NCBI RefSeq assembly: GCF_044704955.1
Contig: NW_027252691.1
Span: 186,001-250,000 of the forward strand
Length of the DNA: 64,000 bases
DNA from: Pristiophorus japonicus
Taxonomy: Eukaryota
Direction: 5' to 3'
The notes below the pieces were generated by a model, which did no database searches, was not told the DNA's origin, and was given only the letters and a program-made list of their open reading frames with translations. Shown piece after piece: positions 38,901 to 51,060 of the stretch (position 1 is the stretch's first letter; each line of letters opens with the position of its first letter). The position numbers were made by a program, and so were the translations under genes.

Positions 38901-41900
38901 AGGGGCTGTGGGAGGTGATTAAATGGGTGGTAATCCCAGGACAGTGTAGTGTGTACAGGGGCTGTGGGAGGTGATTAAATGGGTGGTAATCCCAGGACAG
39001 TGTAGTGTGTACATGGGCTGTGGGAGGTAATTAAATGGGTGGTAATCCCAGGACAGTGTAGTGTGTACAGGGGCTGTGGGAGCTGATTAAATGGGTGGTA
39101 ATCCCAGGACAGTGTAGTGTGTACAGGGGCTGTGGGAGGTGATTAAATGGGTGGTAATCCCAGGACAGTGTAGTGTGTACACGGGCTGTGGGAGGTGATT
39201 AAATGGGTGGTAATCCCAGGACAGTGTAGTGTGTACACGGACTGTGTGAGGTGATTAAATGGGTGGTAATCCCAGGACAGTGTAGTGTGTACAGGGGCTG
39301 TGGGAGGTGATTAAATGGGTGGTAATCCCAGGACAGTGCAGTGTGTACCGGGCTGTGGGAGGTGATTAAATGGGTGGTAATCCCAGGACAGTGTAGTGTG
39401 TACACGGGCTGTGGGAGGTGATTAAATGGGTGGTAATCCCAGGGTAGTGTACTGTGTACACGGGCTGTGGGAGGTGATTAAATGGGTGGTAATCCCAGGA
39501 CAGTGTACTGTGTACAGGGGCTGTGGGAGGTGATTAAATGGGTGGTAATCCCAGCACAGTGTACTGTGTACAGGGGCTGCGGGAGGTGATTAAATGGGTG
39601 GTAATCCCAGGACAGTGTACTGTGTACAGGGGCTGTGGGAGGTGATTAAATGGGTGGTAATCCCAGGGTAGGGTACTGTGTACAGGGGCTGTGGGAGGTG
39701 ATTAAATGGGTGGTAATCCCAGGACAGTGTACTGTGTACAGGGGCTGTGGGAGGTGATTAAATGGGTGGTAATATCAGGACAGTGTAGTGTGTACACGGG
39801 CTGTGGGAGGTGATTAAATGGGTGGTAATCCCAGGACAGTGTAGTGTGTACAGGGGCTGTGGGAGGTGATTAAATGGGTGGTAATCCCAGGACAGTGTAG
39901 TGTGTACAGGGGCTGTGGGAGGTGATTAAATGGGTGGTAATCCCAGGACAGTGTAGTTTATACAGGGGCTGTGGGAGGTGATTAAATGGGTGGTAAACCC
40001 AGGACAGTGTAGTGTGTACAGGGGCTGTGGGAGGTGATTAAATGGGTGGTAATCCCAGGACAGTGTAGTGTGTACAGGGGCTGTGGGAGGTGATTAAATG
40101 GGTAGTAATCCCAGGACAGTGTAGTGTGTACATGTGCTGTGGGAGGTGATTAAATGGGTGGTAATCCCAGGACAGTGTACTGTGTACAGGGGCTGTGGGA
40201 GGTGATTAAATGCGTGGTAAACCCAGGACAGTGTAGTGTGTACAGGGGCTGTGGGATGTGATTAAATGGGTGGTAATCCCAGGACAGTGTAGTGTGTACA
40301 TGTGCTGTGGGAGGTGATTAAATGGGTGGTAATCCCAGGACAGTGTACTGTGTACAGGGGCTGTGGGAGGTGATTAAATGGGTGGTAATCCCAGGACAGT
40401 GTAGTGTGTACATGTGCTGTGGGAGGTGATTAAATGGGTGGTAATCCCAGGACAGTGTACTGTGTACACGGGCTGTGGGAGGTGATTAAATGGGTGGTAA
40501 TCCCAGGACAGTGTAGTGTGTACAGGGGCTGTGGGAGGTGATAAAATGGGTGGTAATCCCAGGACAGTGTACTGTGTACAGGGGCTGTGGGAGGTGATTA
40601 AATGGGTGGTTATCCCAGGACAGTATACTGTGTACAGGGGCTGTGGGAGGTGATTATATGCGTTGTAATCCCAGGACAGTGTAGTGTGTACACGGGCTGT
40701 GGGAGGTGATTAAATGGGTGGTAATCCCAGGACAGTATACTGTGTACAGGGGCTGTGGGAGGTGATTAAATGCGTGGTAATCCCAGGACAGTGTAGTGTG
40801 TACAGGGGCTGTGGGAGGTGATTAAATGGGTGGTAATCCCAGGACAGTGTAGTGTGTACGGGGGCTGTGGGAGGTGATTAAATGGGTGGTAATCCCAGGA
40901 CAGTGTAGTGTGTACATGGGCTGTGGGAGGTAATTAAATGGGTGGTAATCCCAGGACAGTGTAGTGTGTACAGGGGCTGTGGGAGGTGATTAAATGGGTG
41001 GTAATCCCAGGACAGTGTAGTGTGTACAGGGGCTGTGGGAGGTGATTAAATGGGTGGTAATCCCAGGACAGTGTAGTGTGTACACGGGCTGTGGGAGGTG
41101 ATTAAATGGGTGGTAATCCCAGGACAGTGTAGTGTGTACACGGACTGTGTGAGGTGATTAAATGGGTGGTAATCCCAGGACAGTGTAGTGTGTACAGGGG
41201 CTGTGGGAGGTGATTAAAGGGGTGGTAATCCCAGGACAGTGCAGTGTGTACCGTGCTGTGGGAGGTGATTAAATGGGTGGTAATCCCAGGACAGTGTAGT
41301 GTGTACACGGGCTGTGGGAGGTGATTAAATGGGTGGTAATCCCAGGGTAGTGTACTGTGTACACGGGCTGTGGGAGGTGATTAAATGGGTGGTAATCCCA
41401 GGACAGTGTACTGTGTACAGGGGCTGTGGGAGGTGATTAAATGGGTGGTAATCCCAGCACAGTGTACTGTGTACAGGGGCTGCGGGAGGTGATTAAATGG
41501 GTGGTAATCCCAGGACAGTGTACTGTGTACAGGGGCTGTGGAAGGTGATTAAATGGGTGGTAATCCCAGGGTAGTGTAGTGTGTACACGGGCTGTGGGAG
41601 CTGATTAAATGGGTGGTAATCCCAGGACAGTGTAGTGTGTACAGGGGCTGTGGGAGGTGATTAAATGGGTGGTAATCCCAGGACAGTGTAGTGTGTACAC
41701 GGGCTGTGGGAGGTGATTAAATGGGTGGTAATCCCAGGACAGTGTAGTGTGTACAGGGGCTGTGGGAGGTGATTAAATGGGTGGTAATCCCAGGACAGTG
41801 TACTGTGTACAGGGGCTGTGGGAGGTGACTAAATGGGTGGTAATCCCAGGACAGTGTAGTGTGTACAGGGGCTGTGGGAGGTGATTAAATGGGTGGTAAT

Positions 41901-44900
41901 CCCAGGACAGTGTAGTGTGTACACGGGCTGTGGGAGGTGACTAAATGGGTGGTAATCCCAGGACAGTGTAGTGTGTACACGGGCTGTGGGAGGTGACTAA
42001 ATGGGTGGTAATCCCAGGACAGTGTACTGTGTACAGGGGCTGTGGGAGGTGATTAAATGCGTGGTAATCCCAGGACAGTGTAGTGTGTACAGGGACTGTG
42101 GGAGGTGATTAAATGGGTGGTAATCCCAGGACAGTGTAGTGTGTACACGGGCTGTGGGAGGTGATTAAATGGGTGGTAATCCCAGGACAGTGTAGTGTGT
42201 ACAGGGGCTGTGGGAGGTGATTAAATGGGTGGTAATCCCAGGACAGTGTAGTGTGTACACGGGCTGTGGGAGGTGATTAAATGGGTGGTAATCCCAGGAC
42301 AGGGTACTGTGTACACGGGCTGTGGGAGGTGATTAAATGGGTGGTAATCCCAGGACAGTGTAGTGTGTACAGGGGCTGTGGGAGGTGATTAAATGGGTGG
42401 TAAACCCAGTACAGTGTAGTGTGTACAGGGGCTGTGGGAGGTGATTAAATGGGTGGTAAACCCAGGACAGTGTAGTGTGTACAGGGGCTGTGGGAGGTGA
42501 TTAAATGGGTGGTAATCCCAGGGTAGGGTACTGTGTACAGGGGCTGTGGGAGGTTATTAAATGGGTGGTAATCCCAGGACAGTGTAGTGTGTACAGGGGC
42601 TGTGGGAGGTGATTAAATGGGTGGTAATCCCAGGGTAGGGTACTGTGTACAGGGGCTGTGGGAGGTTATTAAATGGGTGGTAATCCCAGGACAGTGCAGT
42701 GTGTACAGGGGCTGTGGGAGGTGAGTAAATGGGTGGTAATCCCAGGGTAGGGTACAGTGTACAGGGGCTGTGGGAGGTGATTAAATGGGTGGTAATCCCA
42801 GGACAGTGTACTGTGTACAGGGGCTGTGGGAGGTGATTAAATGGGTGGTAATATCAGGACAGTGTAGTGTGTACACGGGCTGTGGGAGGTGATTAAATGG
42901 GTGGTAATCCCAGGACAGTGTAGTGTGTACAGGGGCTGTGGGAGGTGATTAAATGGGTGGTAATCCCAGGACAGTGTAGTGTGTACAGGGGCTGTGGGAG
43001 GTGATTAAATGGGTGGTAATCCCAGGACAGTGTAGTTTATACAGGGGCTGTGGGAGGTGATTAAATGGGTGGTAAACCCAGGACAGTGTAGTGTGTACAG
43101 GGGCTGTGGGAGGTGATTAAATGGGTGGTAATCCCAGGACAGTGTAGTGTGTACATGTGCTGTGGGAGGTGATTAAATGGGTGGTAAGCCCAGGACAGTG
43201 TAGTGTGTACAGGGGCTGTGGGAGGTGATTAAATGGGTAGTAATCCCAGGACAGTGTAGTGTGTACATGTGCTGTGGGAGATGATTAAATGGGTGGTAAT
43301 CCCAGGACAGTGTACTGTGTACAGGGGCTGTGGGAGGTGATTAAATGGGTGGTAAACCCAGGACAGTGTAGTGTGTACAGGGGCTGTGGGATGTGATTAA
43401 ATGGGTGGTAATCCCAGGACAGTGTAGTGTGTACATGTGCTGTGGGAGGTGATTAAATGGGTGGTAATCCCAGGACAGTGTACTGTGTACACGGGCTGTG
43501 GGAGGTGATTAAATGGGTGGTAATCCCAGGACAGTGTAGTGTGTACAGGGGCTGTGGGAGGTGATAAAATGGGTGGTAATCCCAGGACAGTGTACTGTGT
43601 ACAGGGGCTGTGGGAGGTGATTAAATGGGTGGTTATCCCAGGACAGTATACTGTGTACAGGGGCTGTGGGAGGTGATTAAATGCGTTGTAATCCCAGGAC
43701 AGTGTACTGTGTACACGGGCTGTGGGAGGTGATTAAATGGGTGGTAATCCCAGGACAGTGTAGTGTGTACAGGGGCTGTGGGATGTGATTAAATGGGTGG
43801 TAATCCCAGGACAGTGTACTGTGTACAGGGGCTGTGGGAGGTGATTAAATGGGTGGTAAACCCAGGACAGTGTAGTGTGTACAGGGGCTGTGGGAGGTGA
43901 TTAAATGGGTGGTAATCCCAGGACAGTGTAGTGTGTACAGGGGCTGTGGGAGGTGATTAAATGGGTGGTAATCCCAGGACAGTGTACTGTGTACATGGGC
44001 TGTGGGAGGTAATTAAATGGGTGGTAATCCCAGGACAGTGTAGTGTGTACAGGGGCTGTGGGAGGTGATTAAATGGGTGGTAATCCCAGGACAGTGTAGT
44101 GTGTACAGGGGCTGTGGGAGGTGATTAAATGGGTGGTAATCCCAGGACAGTGTAGTGTGTACACGGGCTGTGGGAGGTGATTAAATGGGTGGTAATCCCA
44201 GGACAGTGTAGTGTGTACACGGACTGTGTGAGGTGATTAAATGGGTGGTAATCCCAGGACAGTGTAGTGTGTACAGGGGCTGTGGGAGGTGATTAAATGG
44301 GTGGTAATCCCAGGACAGTGCAGTGTGTACCGGGCTGTGGGAGGTGATTAAATGGGTGGTAATCCCAGGACAGTGTAGTGTGTACACGGGCTGTGTGAGG
44401 TGATTAAATGGGTGGTAATCCCAGGACAATATAGTGTGTACAGGGGCTGTGGGAGGTGATTAAATGGGTGGTAATCCCAGGACAGTGCAGTGTGTACCGG
44501 GCTGTGGGAGGTGATTAAATGGGTGGTAATCCCAGGACAGTGTAGTGTGTACACGGGCTGTGGGAGGTGATTAAATGGGTGGTAATCCCAGGACAGTGTA
44601 GTGTGTACACGGGCTGTGGGAGGTGATTAAATGGGTGGTAAACCCAGGGTAGTGTACTGTGTACAGGGGCTGTGGGAGGTGATTAAATGGGTGGTAATCC
44701 CAGCACAGTGTACTGTGTACAGGGGCTGCAGGAGGTGATTAAATGGGTGGTAATCCCAGGACAGTGTACTGTGTACAGGGGCTGTGGAAGGTGATTAAGT
44801 GGGTGGTAATCCCAGGACAGTGTAGTGTGTACAGGGGCTGTGGGAGGTGATTAAATGGGTGGTAATCCCAGGACAGTGTAGTGTGTACACGGGCTGTGGG

Positions 44901-47337
44901 AGGTGATTAAATGGGTGGTAATCCCAGGACAGTGTAGTGTGTACAGGGGCTGTGGGAGGTGATTAAATGGGTGGTAATCCCAGGACAGTGTACTGTGTAC
45001 ACGGGCTGTGGGAGGTGATTAAATGGGTGGTAATCCCAGGACAGTGTAGTGTGTACAGGGGCTGTGGGAGGTGATTAAATGGGTGGTAATCCCAGGACAG
45101 TGTAGTGTGTACACGGGCTGTGGGAGGTGATTAAATGGGTGGTAATCCCAGGACAGTGTAGTGTGTACACGGGCTGTGGGAGGTGACTAAATGGGTGGTA
45201 ATCCCAGGACAGTGTAGTGTGTACAGGGGCTGTGGGAGGTGATTAAATGGGTGGTAATCCCATGACAGTGCAGTGTGTACAGGGGCTGTGGGAGGTGATT
45301 AAATGGGTGGTAATCCCAGGACAGTGTACTGTGTACAGGGGCTGTGGGAGGTGATTAAATGCGTGGTAATCCCAGGACAGTGTAGTGTGTACAGGGGCTG
45401 TGGGAGGTGATTAAATGGGTGGTAATCCCAGGACAGTGTAGTGTGTACACGGGCTGTGGGAGGTGATTAAATGGGTGGTAATCCCAGGACAGTGTAGTGT
45501 GTACAGGGGCTGTGGGAGGTGATTAAATGGGTGGTAATCCCAGGACAGTGTAGTGTGTACACGGGCTGTGGGAGGTGATTAAATGGGTGGTAATCCCAGG
45601 ACAGGGTACTGTGTACAAGGGCTGTGGGAGGTGATTAAATGGGTGGTAATCCCAGGACAGTGTAGTGTGTACAGGGGCTGTGGGAGGTGATTAAATGGGT
45701 GGTAATCCCAGGACAGTGTACTGTGTACAGGGGCTGTGGGAGGTGATTAAATGGGTGGTAAACCCAGGACAGTGTAGTGTGTACAGGGGCTGTGGGAGGT
45801 GATTAAATGGGTGGTAATCCCAGGGTAGGGTACTGTGTACAGGGGCTGTGGGAGGTTATTAAATGGGTGGTAATCCCAGGACAGTGCAGTGTGTACAGGG
45901 GCTGTGGGAGGTGATTAAATGCATGGTAATCCCAGGACAGTGCAGTGTGTACAGGGGCTGTGGGAGGTGATTAAATGCATGGTAATCCCAGGACAGTATA
46001 CTGTGGACAGGGGCTGTGGGAGGTGATTAAATGGGTGGTAATCCCAGGACAGTGTACTGTGTACAGGGGCTGTGGGAGGTGATTAAATGGGTGTTAATCC
46101 CAGGACAGTGTAGTGTGTACACGGGCTGTGGGAGGTGATTAAATGGGTGGTAATCCCAGGACAGTGTAGTGTGTACAGGGGCCGTGGGAGGTGATTAAAT
46201 GGGTGGTAATCCCAGGACAGTGTACTGTGTACACGGGCTGTGGGAGGTGATTAAATGGGTGGTAATCCCAGGGTAGGATACTGTGTACAGGGGCTGTGGG
46301 AGGTGATTAAATGGGTGGTAATCCCAGGACAGTGTAGTGTGTACAGGGGCTGTGGGAGGTGATTAAATGGGTGGTAATCCCAGGACAGTGTAGTGTGTAC
46401 AGGGGCTGTGGGAGGTGATTAAATGGGTGGTAATCCCAGGACAGTGTAGTGTGTACAGGGGCTGTGGGAGGTGATTAAATGGGTGGTAATCCCAGGGTAG
46501 GGTACTGTGTACAGGGGCTGTGGGAGGTGATTAAATGGGTGGTAATCCCAGGACAGTGTAGTGTGTACAGGGGCTGTGGGAGGTGATTAAATGGGTGGTA
46601 ATCCCAGGACAGTGTACTGTGTACAGGGGCTGTGGGAGGTGATTAAATGGGTGGTAATCCCAGGACAGTGTACTGTGTACAGGGGCAGTGGGAGGTGATT
46701 AAATGGGTGGTAATCCCAGGACAGTGTAGTGTGTACAGGGGCTGTGGGAGGTGATTAAATGGGTGGTAATCCCAGGACAGTGTAGTGTGTACAGGGGCTG
46801 TGGGAGGTGATTAAATGGGTGGTAATCCCAGGACAGTGTACTGTGTACACGGGCTGTGGGAGGTGATTAAATGGGTGGTAATCCCAGGACAGTGTACTGT
46901 GTACAGGGGCTGTGGGAGGTGATTAAATGGGTGGTAATCCCAGGACAGTGTCGTGTGTACAGGGGCTGTGGGAGGTGATTAAATGGGTGGTAATCCCAGG
47001 ACAGTGTACTGTGTACAGGGGCTGTGGGAGGTGATTAAATGGGTGGTAATCCCAGGACAGTGTAGTGTGTACAGGGGCTGTGGGAGGTGATTAAATGGGT
47101 GGTAATCCCAAGACAGTGTACTGTGTACAGGGGCTGTGGGAGGTGATTAAATGGGTGGTAATCCCAGGACAGTGTACTGTGTACACGGGCTGTGGGAGGT
47201 GATTAAATGGGTGGTAATCCCAGGACAGTGTACTGTGTACAGGGGCTGTGGGAGGTGATTAAATGGGTGGTAATCCCAGGACAGTGTACTGTGTACAGGG
47301 GCTGTGGGAGGTGATTAAATGGGTGGTAATCCCAGGA
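35928..47337. repeat. 56 bp satellite GTGTACAGGGGCTGTGGGAGGTGATTAAATGGGTGGTAATCCCAGGACAGTGTAGT (about 200 copies)
   Basis: Period 56 (CTGTGGGAGG at 36051, 36107); very homogeneous; G-rich plus strand; both ends visible. Confidence 0.99.
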
Positions 47338-47624
47338 TTTTCATCACCATCACAGACAATCCCTCGGCCTAAATCAGAAGCGTATTTCCATATCTGAAGC
47401 AACAGCTCATTAGTTTTAGTAACAGGGCTCCCTCCGGCAGCACCCCTGTGCAGTTTAAATGCTGCTGCTCACTCGGACAGGAAGTGTGAGGAGCAGGAAA
47501 TAGACCTGCGGGTGTGGCCATGTTTCTCACATCGGTAAGCTAAGAATGGAAATAGCAAACGTGTTGCTGGTAAATGAAAATCTGCACACTGAGTGATTGT
47601 GTTCAAATGTAACCTGCATATCGG

Positions 47625-47735
47625 TACATAGGCACACGAGGAGGCCATTCAGCCCCTCGAGCCTGTTCCTCCATTCAATTAGATCCTGGCCGATCTGTAT
47701 CTTAACCCCATTTACCCGCCTTGGTTCCATTTCCT
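47625..47735 (-). mobile_element. CR1 3' UTR fragment
   Basis: GGAGGCCATTCAGCCCCTCGAGCCTGTT...CCATTCAAT matches reverse CR1 3' UTRs elsewhere in the window. Confidence 0.75.
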
Positions 47736-47744
47736 TTTCTACTA

Positions 47745-48012
47745 ATAATATACCCGCATGGATTGTGGATTGGTTAACGGACAGAAAACAGAGGTTAGGA
47801 ATAAACGGGTCATTTTTGGGATGGTAGGCTGTAACTAGTGGGGTACCGCAAGGATCCGTGCTTGGGCCCCAGATATTCACAATCTGTATCACCGCAGGGA
47901 TCAGTGCTGGGGCCCCAGATATTCACAATCTGTATCAATGGTTTGGAAAAGGGTACCAAATGTAATATATCCAAGTTTGCTGATGATGCAAAGCTAAGTT
48001 GTGAGGAGGATG
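47745..48012 (+). mobile_element. CR1 RT fragment, left half of the ERV target (continues 54290-54505)
   Basis: [21 protein letters not shown] (duplicated about 46 bp), KFADD; joins as GAGGAGGATG|TAAAGAGACT. Confidence 0.9.
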
Positions 48013-48684
48013 TGTTAGCGTTAGTGTTTTCTTAGAAGAATCACTCAACACTCAGGGTCGGTTCCAATGCTGAAGCAGCTTTTATTACGCTCAGCGGGAA
48101 GGAAAAACTCAGGACCGTATCCAGGTTTCTCTTCACAGAACAAAGAGTTACATGTACCTTTATATGTTTCACAACAGTTACAAAACAGTTTACTGCAGCT
48201 ACACAGCCCATCACGGCTGGACACAAGCCAATCACAATGATTATAGATTACATATAGGTTATTTTAACCCAATAGAATTCCCCTTATGTCTCAGGAACCA
48301 TGTGTTCGTCTTTTGTCAGCTTGGGCTGATTGATATAGGTTCTCTCACAAGTTCTTTCTTCTTGGAGAAATAATTGGTATATAGCCTTGTTTACAGCAAA
48401 TGGTTTCCCTCTTATCTTTCTTCCTGAAATAATTGGTTTCATGGCCTTGTTCACAGGAGATGGTTTCCTTCTTATCTCTGTCTTCCCAGGCATTCCTACA
48501 GTGGGCCTCACAGGGTTATTGCTCGGTCAGTGAACGTTCAACAGTTCACAGTTTGACTACCTGATTTCCCATAATGCCTGGGCAGCCATTTTATGTGTGT
48601 GTCCATTTAAGCTTATGTGAGTTTTAAATATCCAGCAGGTGCCTAATGCCTAAGTCTATATATATATTTCTACTCTCTACAACA
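48013..48684 (-). repeat. 3' LTR
   Basis: TGTTGTAG...CGCTAACA on minus; TATA-like CATATAAA near 48165 and AATAAA near 48085. Confidence 0.96.
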
Positions 48685-48696
48685 ATTCCCCCCTTT
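48685..48696 (-). promoter_or_regulatory. Polypurine tract
   Basis: AAAGGGGGGAAT immediately before the 3' LTR. Confidence 0.9.
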
Positions 48697-48823
48697 CGGT
48701 AAAGGGACTAGTCCTAGTCCCCTTTTAACCGACCGTACTGCCTTTATCTGATATTTGTGCACTGCCCGGTACTCCTTGCCTCAACGTGCTGGCCAGTCAC
48801 GCGGTTTCAGGAGTCCCGGTTGC

Positions 48824-50953
48824 TTAGATCAAATTAACAAAGGCTAGCTCCTCCCGTCCCCTTATCAAACAGGCTTGTTTAATAGCCAGGGAACGGTGAT
48901 TGGTCCGTTTCCGCTGTTTGTGCCGCCTGCACACCTGGCAGGCCATCACGCCCCATGTTATTGCTAAGATTAATTGTATTCTGACCAGTGTGTGTGAAAT
49001 AATTCGGATCCATGGCTGGATGTTCACATTTATTCCCCAGTCCCAGACCTTTCTCCACCAACTCTGACTTTGTAAGTCTACCTCGGTATCTTCTTCCAGT
49101 TCTTTGATTTTAGTTTGTAGCTGGTGATAGAGTTTTACAGATTGCCCCACTCTGAGCCTTAACTCCCGTAATACCTCCGTGAGATGTGGGATAGGGACCT
49201 GCTCTGGCTCGTCATAATCCTGCAAATGATCATGGAGCTGATCAGTTACTTCAATAACTTCGGACTTCCGGCGCCTAACCTGGGTGATATGCGCTTGCCC
49301 GATCGCGACAGGTCGTAGTGGTGTAAAGCAAAAGTTTGGCTGCGGTATAGGGCACTGCAGGTCATTATACTGGTATGAACGCTCTGTGGTAGAGACGCAG
49401 TATCTTCCCCTCCCTCCGTAGCCTGCCCTCGCGAAGTGCATGTGTGCGGGCACTATTTCTAGTACACACCCGTTGGTTCGGTTAAACCCGCACTCGTCTA
49501 GTTCCCCTCGGCCCACCGGGTGAGGGCATACTGTGATTTCCCCCCCTTTGCTTGCAATCTGCTAGGGAAATCCCAGTAAGTATGTTGAACGGCAGAGGTG
49601 GTGGTTAGGTAGTAGCGTATGGAGACATTTTCCCGTATTACTCCGATATTCTCTAGTTGGTATAAGGGGAACGGCCCTGAGTCCGGCGTTGCTATAGGGA
49701 TCAACAGGACTATCCCTATCCCGGTAGTCCTACCCATCTGGCAATCTGGAATTGCGGGGTATACTCGGGTCAGTCCCTTCAGAGTACAATTATCCAGTGT
49801 CCCCCTTTGGTTCGCCAACTGAGCCAAATGTGAACTGTCTATCCAATCGGGTACTTCCCCGCGTTGGATCTGGTCGAGGTTGTGGCGGATCTGTCCCACC
49901 ATCCACAGACCATAAGCATGACAGAGTTGCCCCTGTCTTTGCTTTATTGTATCTTCTTGTTCTCTATCAATGAGGTGATTGATGGTTTTAGCGTGAGCTT
50001 CCAGGACTGAGATGCCATCCAACTGGATTTCGGCACCCTCCTTTCCTAGGTTGGCCTGGTCTTCCTGGTTTTGCTCCACCCTCTCCAATAACCCCTTCAT
50101 CACCCCTTTAAGCTGTTCTCCCCTCTCATTTAGCCCTTGTATGTCTATCGAGTTCACTACGGAGGTTCCTGTATTGAAAACGGTAGCAACATCATTTACT
50201 ATTTCCCTCTTCACCCTGGGTGCTAACCCCTGTCCCCGGAACTTACTGGCACCCATGGCATCGGCAGCCTGCTGCATTACGACTTTACTTAATACATTGT
50301 ACATCTTCCTTGACTGTTCGGTACAATATTCCGGCATCTGGATGCCTGAAATATTGATCAGAACAGGCACAATTTCATGTTTAACATTATCATACAATAA
50401 TTCCCCTTCGTTGTACATTGCAATCCCATTTTCTGGTCCCTTAGTAGTTATGGGACAAGGCAGTTCTTCGGGCAATGTAGTGATTCTTATGGGGCGCGGT
50501 GTCGGAGGGGGTGAGAAACATACATACAATTATATTGCAGCCGCCCCCGCCTCCTCGTAATACCCACACAGCCCCATTCCCTTCTTGCGGATGACTGATT
50601 GCTGGGATTGTCCCGGAGGGGCGCAAATTATGCCGAAAGTACATTCATCAGGCCCTTTGACATCCCTCCGTTTAATGCATCTGCTCCTTATACCCGTGGA
50701 GCACTGTACACATACTCTTATTCTTATTAGGATTCTTATTAGGATTCACTTGTAACCATGCATTAAAATAAGTCCTGTCCTTGCTCCAGTCCTTGGCTGC
50801 TGGGATGCACATTCCGTCCGTTAAATTAAACAAGACTCCATAGTTCATATAGTTGTTTATTTCCAGCGTGCTCTGCTGTCCGTCGGTGTTGCCCAGGGTA
50901 CGTGCATGTCGCAGGGCTATCCAGATTACGAGTAGCGCCGTTCGTATTCCCAT
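48824..50953 (-). pseudogene. env: Envelope/fusion glycoprotein (about 710 aa reconstructed; about 3 frameshifts and 1 stop), class I fusion, F-like layout
   Basis: Signal peptide MGIRTALLVIWIALRHARTLG; furin site RVKR; fusion-peptide-like EIVNDVATVFNTGTSVVNS; heptads; Cys-rich region; second heptad; WWRKVWDW; TM helix; basic tail; N-glycan sequons. Confidence 0.85.
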
Positions 50954-51040
50954 TCCGGTAAGTATTATCTGTAATTTTAAACAGACGGCCTGGTCGTCAC
51001 CAGGGGTTAAGTTTTTTGCTCTACGAGAGTCCCTGTCACC

Positions 51041-51060
51041 CTGCAAAATCAGAAGCACAA
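51041..51060 (-). promoter_or_regulatory. Putative env splice acceptor
   Basis: TTGTGCTTCTGATTTTGCAG|G about 88 nt before the env ATG. Confidence 0.6.

Noticed and set aside
35928-47337. Cryptic RSS heptamers (GACAGTG in each unit, CACAGTG variants near 37820, 39555, 41458, 44704)
   Set aside because: No nonamer at 12 or 23 nt, and the consensus lacks the essential CAC; not D or J segments.
1-47337. CRISPR-like arrays
   Set aside because: Eukaryotic DNA; monomers are contiguous with no unique spacers.
35928-47337. TAATCC homeodomain sites in every monomer
   Set aside because: Six-base motif with no supporting context.
48041-48511. Short ORFs duplicated at 53646-54116
   Set aside because: Lie within the LTRs; duplication reflects LTR identity, no protein features.
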